Below are positions 53,290 to 64,000 of a DNA stretch of 64,000 nt, piece after piece. Under the pieces are notes generated by a model that made no database searches, had not been told where the DNA came from, and worked only from the letters and a program-made list of their open reading frames with translations. Origin of the DNA: Octopus sinensis (taxonomy: Eukaryota); assembly GCF_006345805.1 (NCBI RefSeq), contig NC_043000.1, positions 113,274,001 to 113,338,000 of the forward strand, written 5' to 3'. Every line of letters begins with the position of its first letter. The stretch's first letter is position 1. A program made the translations under genes and the position numbers.

Positions 53290-53720
53290 ATTGTTCTTCT
53301 TCTTTCTTCTCCTTCCACCTCCTCTTCTCCTTTTCCTATTCTTCTAGTTCCTCCTTTTCTTCTTCATCTTCTTTTTCTCCTCTTCTTCGTATTCCTCTTC
53401 TTACTTTTCTTCTTCTCCTTCTTCTCCTCCTCCTCTTCCCTCTTGCTTTTTTCTTCTTCTTCTGCTTCAATTCTTCTTTAACTGATCTTCTTCCTTTTCA
53501 TTTCCTCCTTCTTCATCTTCTTCGCCTCTCCTTTTTCTTCTTCTTCTTCTTCTTCTTCTTCTTCTTCTTCTTCTTCTTCTTCTTCTTCTTCTTCTTCCCT
53601 TTCTCCTCCTTCTTCTTCTTCGTCTTCTTCCCTTTCTCCTCCTTCTCTTCTTCTTCTTCTTCCCCTTCTTCTTCTTTCTTCTTCTTCTTCTTCTTCTTCT
53701 TCTTCTTCTTCTTCTTCTTG
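53290..53720. repeat. (TTC)n tract
   Basis: Direct inspection. Confidence 0.93.
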
Positions 53721-53738
53721 TCATGAATGCAACAACTA

Positions 53739-53955
53739 AGACGGCGAGCTGGCAGAATCGTTAGCATGTCAGGCAAAATGCTTAGCAGTGTTTCGTCCGC
53801 CTTTACGTTCCGAGTTCAAATTGTGCCGAGGCTGACTTTGCTTTTCATGCTTTCGTGGCTGATAAAATAAGTACCAGTCAGAGCACTTGGCTTGATGTTA
53901 TCGACTTTATCTCTCACTCGAAAATTCTGGACTTGTGCCAAAATTCGAAATCCTT
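53739..53955 (+). mobile_element. Diverged SINE (C-type tail)
   Basis: cggcgagctggcagaatcgttagc head, gagttcaaatt, gataaaataagtaccag. Confidence 0.88.
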
Positions 53956-54369
53956 ATTGACACAGCAACTAGTTGTTGTAATCGATATTGTTGGTGTTGT
54001 TTTTTCGTTTTCGCTTTGCCATTGTCCATCTGTCGAGCGGTCGGTTATCAAAACAGTAACGATGGTTTAACAAAACCTGTTGCTGCCGCAGCAACAGCAG
54101 CAGTAGTACCAACTGCTGGAGTATCACCATCATCATCATCATCATCATCGTCGTCATCATCGTCACCGTCATCGCCGTCGTCGTCATGATCATCAACACA
54201 ACCAACAACATTATGACAAGAAGCAATGGCAATAAGGGGAAAATTCCAGAATCATCAGCCGCAACATCCTCGCCACCAGCAGTATCAGAAGCGACACCTT
54301 TATCAACAACTGCTAGCAACAACAATAGCCGTAGTAGTAATAGCATGAGTGGTAGACGCAGTATTAATA

Positions 54370-54600
54370 TATTTCTTTATTACCCATAAGGGGCTAAACA
54401 TAGAGGGGGCAAACAAGGACAGACAAACGGATTAAGTCGATTACATCGACTCCAGTGCGTAACTAGTACTTAATTTATCGACCCCGAAAGGATGAAAGGC
54501 AAAGTCGACCTCGGCGGAATTTGAACTCGGAACGTAACGACAGACGAAATACGGCTACGCATTTCGCTCGGCGTGCTAACGTTTCTGCCAGCTCGCCGCC
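54370..54600 (-). mobile_element. Full-length family A SINE
   Basis: Matches the consensus end to end. Confidence 0.96.
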
Positions 54601-54799
54601 TCTAAAGCTAATGGAATGCTTACAGCACCCAGGTTTCCCAAGCGGTCACCCATCTAAGTACTAACTAGGCTTGATGTTGCTTAACTTCTGTGATCAGACG
54701 AGAACCGGTGCTAATAGCGACATCAGAAGCAGTGACACCAACAACAACTGCTACTACTACTACGACGACGACGACAACAAGAACTACTACTACTACTAC

Positions 54800-54836
<37 letters not shown>

Positions 54837-54869
54837 AGTGCACTAAATATACGTTTAGCCAGTACATTA

Positions 54870-55102
54870 AGGCGGCGAGCTGGCAGAAATGTTAGCACAC
54901 CGGGCGAAATGCGTAGCTGTATTTCGTTTGCCGTTACATTCTGAGTTTAAAAATCCGCCGAGGTCGACTTTGCCTTTCATCCTTTCTAGGTCGATTAAAT
55001 ATGTACCAGTTACGCACTGGGGTCGATATAATCGACTTGATCCGTTTGTTTGTCCTTGTTTGTCCTCTCTGTGTTTAGCCCCTTGTGGGTAGTACAGAAA
55101 TA
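54870..55102 (+). mobile_element. Full-length family A SINE with 15-bp TSD
   Basis: GTTTAGCCAGTACAT at 54853-54867 and 55103-55117. Confidence 0.96.
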
Positions 55103-55269
55103 GTTTAGCCAGTACATACACATCAATGATTAACTGACGCGGTAGCATGAAGCAGCTATCTTGGGACTACAGAACTGCATTTGTTAGTGCGGTACATTGA
55201 ATATTTAACTTGCAATTTTAGATGCGGTGTTTTGGCGACCGATCTGGTATGGAGATTTGGAAACAGCTC

Positions 55270-55680
55270 GCTTGTGCTGGTGCAATCAATCGAAAACTCC
55301 GGCTACAGGGCACCAGTAGGTTTTAAGAGTCACTAAAAGAGAATGCGCACCGTCTTCATAAATACGAGGCCCCACCTCTTAGTTGAACTGTTTAATATTC
55401 GACCTCAAGTCTATTTTGGGTTCATCACCTCCTCCTGTCACCTTTTGTCATTCCTTTTCAGCCATATCCAATAGCTGGCCCTCTCAACTGTTACCTGGTT
55501 ATCTTTGAAGATGGCTTTTGCTTGCGAAGTTGGACATCATTTGACAGCATCCAGCGCCTCAGTCTGCTCCAAATAAAACACCTACAGCCAGCTTTCACAG
55601 GAAAATGTACTGTACTACAACCAGCATCTATACAGCCTTATACTAGTATTTCACAAACCTCATCTTTACTAACCTGAACT
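55270..55680 (+). pseudogene. Possible very decayed LINE RT C-terminal remnant
   Basis: GC-richer than its flanks. Fragments such as RSWTSFDSIQRL and TSIYTAL weakly recall CR1/L2 LSW..HI and QLL.IYKA motifs. Confidence 0.3.
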
Positions 55681-55689
55681 ACATCTATA

Positions 55690-56560
55690 CGTATGTATGT
55701 ATGTATGTATGTATGTATGTATGTATGTATGTGTGTAAGTATGCATTTGTGTATGCATGCAAGTATGAGTGTATGTATGTGTGTATGTATGTATTATGAA
55801 TGTATGAATGTGTGTGTAAGTATGTGTTTGTGTATGCATGCAAGTATGAGTGTATGTATGTGTGTATGTATGTATGTATTATGTATGTGTGTATGCATTA
55901 GGTATGTATGTATGTGTGTATGTATGTGTGTATGTATGTATGCGTGTATGTGTGTATGCGTGTATGTATGTGTGTATGTATGTATGTTTGTTTGTGTGTA
56001 TGTATGTATGTACGTATGTACGTGTGTCTATATATGCGTATGTATGTGTGTTTGTATGTATGTATGTGTATGTGTATGTATGTATGCATGTATGTATGCA
56101 TGTATCTATATGTCATTATTTAGCATTATTTCAAGATTTCAAGATTTCTTGCCAATAGAGAAAAAACCGGTTTCTAACCTAGATTCCTTCATTGGAATTT
56201 CAACATCAACAACAGAGTATTCTTGTATGTATATATGTATGCATGTCTCTGTGCATATTTGTATGGTTTGTTTTATGCACATATACTCAAATGTATATTT
56301 GCATATCTGGACATGCCCATATATATATTTAAATGATAAACTTCTGGAAAGTTTTGCAGATTTTTGCATTTCCTGTGTTGGAGTGGATCTGTAGTCTTGT
56401 ATGTATGTATGTATGTATGTATGTATGTATGTATGTATGTATGTATGTATGTATGTATGTATGTATGCATTATGTATGCATGTATGTATGCATGTATGTA
56501 TGCATGTATATATGTATGTATGTATATGTATGTATGTAAGTATGGACGCATGTATGCATA
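55690..56560. repeat. (TATG)n/(TG)n compound microsatellite with an internal duplication of about 57 bp
   Basis: Direct inspection; 55741-55797 resembles 55826-55884. Confidence 0.92.
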
Positions 56561-57517
56561 TATGTATGTATACACCTCTCAGTATATAATTGTTTTTTAG
56601 TTTCCTTTTGGATGGTATCTGTATCAATATATTTAGACTTATTACATACCTATGTGTTTAACCAGATTTAGTAGCAGTTAGCGTATAAATAATCTCGACA
56701 TTAAATCTGTTAACTAACTTACAAATGTAGCAGTTATACAATATAATTATTGCTAATTATTTTTCACATGATCCTGAATTAAATATGTTCATTCTAAGTG
56801 AACCAACCATCAATCTTCCTATTTCACTCGCCACTTTAATTCTAGTTTGCTTGTTAATGAGCTCTGCGTTAAATACGTTAGCACCATCTTAAATGTATGT
56901 AAGATTGTTATGATTTAGTATCATTACAAGTGAAACAAAACCGATAACAGCAACAACAGCACCAAACATCGTGTCAACAACCTCTAGAACAATAACATAG
57001 GAACATGATGGAATCCTGCCGTCGAAGAGGACGTAGGAGTGAGCGGTTTTTGATGGATGACCTGTACAAAGGGTTTATTTATAGTGATAGAATGTATGGG
57101 CAATATTTTATTTCACACTTAATAAATTGTGAAAAGGTGTAAAAATCTGTAAAAATCTGAAAAGGTGCACGGTGTACCATGAGTCAGGCGTCGAAGTAAC
57201 CGCAGAGCAACATTTAGTGAAGGACACATGTACCACCCGGTCTAGGAATCGAAACCACGACCTCACAGTCGTGAGTGAAACAGTCTGGACAACACAACGC
57301 GTGTGGTCACGCACACACACATATACTCACACACAGAGGAATACACACAAACAGACACATACACACACAAACACATACATCCACATACATACAGAGGCAT
57401 ACATACACTAAGACGCACACACATACACACACGACCAAACAAACATATTAACACACAAAACAGCAAACACACTAACACACACACATACACACACAGATAT
57501 ATATATATATATAATCG

Positions 57518-57725
57518 TTTCTACTAAAGGCACAAGGCCAGTAATTTGGGGGATGGGGGTAAGTCGATTACATCAACCCCAGTAGTCAACTGGTACTTAA
57601 TTCATCGACCAAGAAAGGAGGAAAGTAAAGTCGACCCCGGCGCAATTTGAACTCAACGTAAAGACGGACGAAATGCAACTAAGCATCTAGCCCAGCGTGC
57701 TAACGTCTCTGCCAACTCACCGCCT
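57518..57725 (-). mobile_element. Family B SINE
   Basis: ctactaaaggcacaaggcc tail, aaagtcgacccc body, gccaactcaccgcc head. Confidence 0.88.
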
Positions 57726-57765
57726 TGCACCACACACACACACACAAACACATACACATATATTT

Positions 57766-57824
<59 letters not shown>

Positions 57825-58439
57825 CATACATATATATATATACATACATACATATACTTTTAGTGCGAATGTGTAGGCGTTTTTGTTAAGCAGTGTCGAT
57901 TTTTACAATTATGTATATAACACTGATGGTATTTATATAAGCTTAAAGCTTATAGCGATCACCGTGCAATGATTAAAAAAAATCTAATAATGAGGCATAG
58001 AAACCAACCACAGAAAAAAGAGGTTTTCTGTACGCGTAATGGAAAGCCTATTTTTTCTATCTACGGTTTATATGCCCCATTATTATATTATTGTGTTTAA
58101 GTTTATATAAATACTATTTTTATCATTATGTACAGTATATATGTATGTATATATATCACGATAATTGATTAAATATCCGGAAGATTGATATGGTATTAAT
58201 CTTCAATTTTTACAACGATCGTTTCGACCCAGGGTTGTACAGAGTAAATATTAATACCAAATTCGTCTTTTGGTTACCTAATCAATTATCACTGTCTCAT
58301 CTAACACTGCAGAGTTCCTGTAGTAGATCCAAGGGAAATATACCCCAATTGCGGAAGACACAAGGTAGCCCAAACTGTACAAGTGCTTTACGCAACACTT
58401 CAACACACAAAGCTACTTATATCTATTAGTCCAACATAC

Positions 58440-58690
58440 TAATTATTTATATATATATATATTGTTGTATTTCGGAATGGTCATTTTGCCAGTTTAGCCA
58501 AACTGAAAACACAGAAAAAAAGAGAAAAAAAACAGCAACGCGAGGACGTGGAACAATTAAAGTATTATTGACGCTCAGGAAAGAAGGGAAGGAGGGTTTA
58601 ACGTTTCGAGCGGAGCTCTTCGTCGGAAACAAGGAGAAGGAAAGATCCCAAGAAGGGAAGACAGAGGAAAAAATATTTTTGCTTGTGGTG
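58440..58690 (-). mobile_element. Penelope-type short repeat with a variant minimal hammerhead (58596-58630)
   Basis: Minus strand gttt-CCGACGA-a-gagctccgctc-GAAAC-GTT-aaac; homologous to 7705-7910. Confidence 0.75.
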
Positions 58691-59635
58691 CTCAAGAGAT
58701 CACATGTTGAAAGAACAGAAATTGGGAGGTAGACGAATCGTGATTTTTAAAAGCAAAAGAGTTTCAAAAAAAGGGGAATGTGTGTGGGTGCGTGTGTGTG
58801 TGTGCAAGGATGTCAAGTGTGTTTGTGCGTGTGTGTGTGTGTGTATGTGTGGTGAATATTAAGCAATGGCAAGTAAGCAGTCATAAGGCACTCCTATATA
58901 TATATATACTATATATCTATATATATATATATATATATAATATATATATATATGGGGACAGTAAGAAGGGAAAAAAGCGAAAACGCACCTTGGATATCAA
59001 AAAATAAAGGCGTTATTAATGAAAAGTAACGATAAATATATACAATTAGATGAAGTGAAGTAGAGTTTAGATGAATAAAAGTTATTATTATGAATTGTTA
59101 AAGAGATTCAAAGTGATACCGGTATCGTCAACTGCTGTTCACTGGCTTTCAATGCGCACCGATTACCAAACGGTGTTGGGTCTACTAGTCCTGAGTACAA
59201 GCATATGTAATGATAATAATGGGTGGATGTAAACACATGAACAAAATTAGAACAAAAACAACAACAACAAAAACAAAAAACAAAATACAAATTACATGAA
59301 TGTATATAAACAGAAGATACAAATATTACAGGCATCCCCCCACACACACACTAAATAGACATAGACGCACATAGAGATATAAACATGCGCAAATGAAGAC
59401 ATACAATAGAAATGCAAAATGGCTGACGGTTAGTAAGGAGAGACACAAACAAATAAGAAAAAAGAAAACAAAGGACCACTGATGCGGTCACAGGAGTGTG
59501 ACGAAAGAACTCTGGCCGAAATAAGATTAAGATTAATGTAAAAAATAAATATCACTGAAGCAAAATAACACCAAATATATAGTGCGTGTGTTTTTATTGG
59601 CTAAACTGGCAATATGACCATTCCGAAATATAACA

Positions 59636-59783
<148 letters not shown>

Positions 59784-59794
59784 ATATATATATA

Positions 59795-59825
<31 letters not shown>

Positions 59826-60118
59826 GCTTACACACAACTTTTTTGTGCAGTTTCTAACAGCGAAATTCCAATCACACTGCAGTAGTCAACCTAAGAAAAC
59901 AGCACATTTGGAATGGAACCCGGATCCAAGCGTTTGAGGAAAATATTTCTTTGCCGTTCACCTATTCCCGAAAATTTATGCATAAATAATTCAGAAAGGT
60001 TAATTTTGTCGCTTATAACTCCTCCCCATTTTGAGTGACGGTTTTGTCTTAACCAATGGCAATCGATATTTCAAAGTGGCAATAATTTCTCAATGAAGCG
60101 TAGGGGAAAAGAGAAGAC

Positions 60119-60156
<38 letters not shown>

Positions 60157-60610
60157 AAGAGGAGAGAAAGATAGAAAGAGAGGAATGTGAGTGATGATGA
60201 CAGGAGGTAGAGAAGGAGACATAGAGTTTTAACGGAACCGAAGTCGATAAGTAGATGATACTTTTGAATTACAATGTAAAGTAGGGGTTGTTGTTGGTGT
60301 GGGTGGTGGTGGGGGTTCTTAGCTCCGGGTCAAATTTGATCAAGCAGACCAATGAGAAAGGGACTTGTATGCAAAACCCAAATCCACTATTTTTGTTTTA
60401 TTTTGGCGATGTGTGACTTAGTACCACGTGCTCTGGTGTGTTCTGTCCAAAGTTTAGAATATGGAGGTTTTTCGGATTATCAGTTCGAAATGTATTGTGT
60501 GCTTTAGCATTTAATCAAAGCACATTTAAAGCCATCAAGTTATTAAACCCTAGACGTTATCGAGCCTATGTCAGCCACTGTTGGCCCTTAACATGAATGT
60601 GCAAACTTGC

Positions 60611-60948
60611 ATGAGGTACATTATTTTCATTAGTTACACTTGACGGATATTTGTCCTCAACTTGTTTGTTGTTGACACAACATTTCGACTGAAATTTGGA
60701 ACCTGGGTTCTCATTTCAAAGGTATTTTTCGATGTTATTATTCTTATTCTTATTATTAATCAGGTGACTGCTTGGAATCGAACTCGGAATCTTGGGGTTT
60801 ATCTAATCGACTGACTCCCTCCACCAAAATTTCGGTTAGTAGCCCGCGCTCTTAACCACAACGTTATATGGAGTGAATTTTCGGACTTATAAATATATTT
60901 TCATATTCTTCCTTACTACTACTACTACTACTACTACTACTAATAATA

Positions 60949-60995
<47 letters not shown>

Positions 60996-61178
60996 TCGAA
61001 AAATACCTTAGGAATGAGAACCCAGGTTCGAAATTTCCTCCAGACACCTGATGAAGGCTGAATGGTTATATGACCGAAACGTTGTGTTAACAACAAACAA
61101 GAGGTGGACAAATATCCGTCAAATATAAATAATGTAAATAATGTACGTAATTCCTCATCTCTTAAAAATATAGAACTA
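60611..61178. mobile_element. Divergent pair of Penelope-type tail repeats; the left copy (minus strand) carries a tRNA-like head
   Basis: 60611-60745 is the inverse of 60990-61160 with an internal deletion. 60745-60860 on the minus strand has gtggttaagagcgcgggctac (A-box-like) and gagttcgattcc (B-box). Confidence 0.8.
61043..61088 (+). ncRNA. Minimal type I hammerhead ribozyme motif
   Basis: Stem I GACAC/GUGUU, CUGAUGA at 61048-54, imperfect stem II GGCUG/UGACC, GAAAC-GUU. Confidence 0.65.
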
Positions 61179-61189
61179 TATTGTATAAG

Positions 61190-61400
61190 GTAGTTTAAAG
61201 AGTCTGGCAGCTGCTCATATGGCATCCAAATCTCCCCTTTCCCGGTCATAGATTTATATCCGATGGAGACGTCGCCAATTTGGATTGATATTGCATGGCA
61301 CCAATGTTGTGCAAGGGAAGTTGTCAGAATGCAGAGTAGTGGAATGGATACTACACAGTGTTTCGTCCAACAGTTCGCCAAACGTTCTCTCCTTTGGTCT
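61190..61400 (-). pseudogene. Possible decayed mariner transposase fragment
   Basis: Across frames: GELLDE, RRLHRI and GKGEIWMPYEQL recall the mariner LLDED...RL..MG...GxWVPHEL motifs. Confidence 0.4.
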
Positions 61401-61620
61401 ACCATTTTATCGAACCCAAAATGATATGATGTAAATTATAATGATAATGAAATTATTGTATAAAGTTTACTACAGCAGGAATTGAGGCCAAAACGTAAAG
61501 TCAAACCAAATTCTATGTAGAGCGGTTGTTCTCAACCGAACTCCATAAATCCTTGTGGGTCCATATAAATATAAATTGCTTTTACTTCATGCAATATTTT
61601 TATATCTTTCTATAATAATC

Positions 61621-62010
61621 CTTTCTACTCTAGGCACAAGGCCCGAAATTTTGGTGGAGGGAGTCAGTCGATTAGATAAACCCCATTACGCAACTGGTAT
61701 TTAATTTATCGACTCCAAAAGAATGAAAGGCAAAGTCGACCTCGGTGGAATTTGAACTCAGAACATAAAGACAAACGAAATACCTACTTCTTTACTACCC
61801 ACGGGGGCTAAACACAGAGTGGACAAACAAGGACAGACAAACGGATTAAGTCGATTATAACTAAATAAGTAACTGGTACTTATTTAGTCGACCCCGAAGT
61901 GATGAAAGGCAAAGTCGACCTCGGGGAAATTTGAACTCACAACCTAACGGCAGACGAAATACTGCTAAGCATTTCGCCCGGCGTGCTAACGTTTCTGCCA
62001 GCTCGCCGCC
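61621..62010 (-). mobile_element. Dimeric SINE (A plus truncated B) with an imperfect TSD
   Basis: Two-monomer layout; flanks tatctttctataataa and tatctttatacaataa. Confidence 0.92.
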
Positions 62011-62026
62011 TTATCTTTATACAATA

Positions 62027-63230
62027 ACTAGCATTAAAGACCCGTCGTTGCCGGGTCATAGTGCTAGTGCATGTATATATGTGTATATATATATGTGAAC
62101 ATATTACATGTACATCTATATATATATATACATCTACACATAAAATACAAAATACAAAGTTATATCTTGATATCGCTAGTGATAACAATACTCAAAATAT
62201 AAAACAGACTGGAATTGTTAGCCCGTCTCTTGTAATTTCGATCAATTGTATCTTGTCCTCCCTCATGTATAGAAGTGTGGCTACAATCCAGCCTACCTCT
62301 ACTTCTGGGGGGGGGGGAGGCATTTTAAATTTTTTTCCGGGACGTCCTACGTCTCAGATATAAAGGTAAAAATAAAATATTTCGACTTTGCAAGTTCGAG
62401 TTGAGTACTCCCTTGCAAGCTCCGTTGACTCAAACCTTGCTTCTATTGTGGCGAATTTATCGCCTCTGATTAGATACCTTTCATAGTCGCACCAAGACAC
62501 TTTTCGAAGGTGCTTTCCTCCATATGTTCAAATCTTCTTTTTTCTCTACATTGCATACTTTATAGACAATAGTCTTTTCTTTAATTTAATTTTTTATTAT
62601 CCATCTAGACTATTCCATTTCTGCACGCTAATTTTATTTTTACTTTATTCCCATTCATGTGAAACCACTTATTCAAGTTCAAGTCATTGATGGAATTTTA
62701 TACCAATTGCTATATTTACTTTTGTTATGTTACGATTATATTATACTTCAGTTTGATTTTAACTATTACTTACTACATATAATTCAATTGTTATTATTAT
62801 TTTTATTGTTAAAGTGAAAGTATCTGACATAAAATAAAGAAACGTTTTTGTTTCACTTTTAACACGTTATACTGAAATAGTGGAGAAGATATGATATTGC
62901 TATGGGCTCGCTCTAGGCAAGAAGTTGAACATTTGTTTTGCCCATAAAACTACATGGACCCTAAGTAAGGCACGTGTAAAATTTGAATGGAATTGGTAGT
63001 GTAGTTCTCAAGTTTTAGGGAATCGTAGTGGAGAAGATATGATATTGCTGTGGGCTCGCCCTAGGCAAAAAGTTCAAAATTTTTTTGCCGATGACACTCC
63101 CCGGACCCGAAGTAAGGCATGTGTAAAATTTGAATGAAATTGGTTGTGTAGTTCTCAAGTTTTAGGGAAACACACAGACAGACAGACAGACAGATAGACA
63201 CACATTCTCAGTTTTATATAGAGAGAGATA
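62027..63230 (+). mobile_element. Helentron/DINE-1-like non-autonomous element with an internal tandem repeat of about 148 bp
   Basis: 5' actagc..gacccgtcgttgccgggtc hairpin; tagtggagaagatatgatattgct at about 62878 and 63026; 3' (acag)n..ttttatatagag. Confidence 0.6.
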
Positions 63231-63239
63231 TCATTTGTT

Positions 63240-63665
63240 ATAGGCGCAGATGTGGCGATGTGGAAAGAAGCTTGCTTCTCTACCATATCGTTCTAGGTTC
63301 AGCTCCACAGCGTGTTGTCTTGAGCAAGTATCTTCTGCTATAGCTCTAGGTCGACCAAAGTCTTGTGAGTGGATTTGGTTGACGGAAACTAAAAGAAGCC
63401 CATCGAATATATAAATATATATGTTTATATATCTGTGTGAGTGTCACTGTGTCTGTGTTTGCCCCCCACCACCATCACCACCTCTTGGTAACCGGTGCTG
63501 GTGTGTTTACGTCCCCGTCAATCAGCCTGTCTACAAATGAGACCGATAAAATAAACACTAGGCTTCAAACAAAAGTCTGAGGAGCAATTTCCCCGACTAG
63601 AACCCTTCCAGGTGGTGCTCCAGCATGGTCGCAGTCAAATGGTTGAAACAAGTAAAAGAAAAGAA
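63240..63665 (+). mobile_element. CORE-like SINE
   Basis: taggcgcagatgtggc head, ttgagcaagtatcttctgctatagc, ggtgctccagcatggtcgcagtcaaatg tail. Confidence 0.88.
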
Positions 63666-63714
63666 AAATACAGATAGAATAATATTTGATTATAAGAATA
63701 CAACATTTTATATT

Positions 63715-64000
63715 CTTTTACTCCTTTCAGTCATTTTGACTGCCGCCACGCTGGAGCACCGCCTTTTAGTCGAAGAAATCGACCCCACAACTTATTCTTT
63801 GTAAGTCAGGTAATTATTCTATCGGTCTCTATTGCCGAACCGGTAAATTACGGGGACGTAAACGCACCAACGTTGGTTGTCAATGTGTGTGTGTGAGGGG
63901 GGCAAATATAGACAGAAACACACAAGATAAATATATATATACACGACGGTCCTCTTTCAATTTCCGTTTACCAAATCCACTAACAAGGATTTTTCGGCCC
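63715..64000 (-). mobile_element. CORE-like SINE, 3' part (runs off the window), tail-to-tail with the previous copy
   Basis: cagtcattttgactgccgccacgctggagcaccgcc..ccaaatccact. Confidence 0.88.

Overview
AT-rich, microsatellite-saturated eukaryotic DNA, almost entirely intronic or intergenic. The SINE families and the repeat landscape match what I recall of octopus (coleoid cephalopod) genomes; this is inferred from memory, not from a search. No host protein-coding gene can be identified with confidence. Nearly all provided ORFs are translations of (TA)n, (CA)n, (TATG)n or triplet repeats. Recognisable content: about 18 copies of a tRNA-derived SINE group (several with 11-24 bp TSDs, three as dimers), CORE-like SINEs, decayed Tc1/mariner transposases, pogo/Tigger-like and mariner MITEs, RTE, CR1/L2-like and R4-like LINE remnants, and Helentron-like non-autonomous elements. 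The most interesting signal is a set of hammerhead ribozyme motifs from three different sequence families. One is a near-complete type I fold at 20.6 kb. Two families are minimal Penelope-type motifs, and one of these sits in an apparent chimera of a tRNA-like head and a Penelope-type tail. Other notable items are an exact 43-bp inverted templated insertion and a nested foldback structure.
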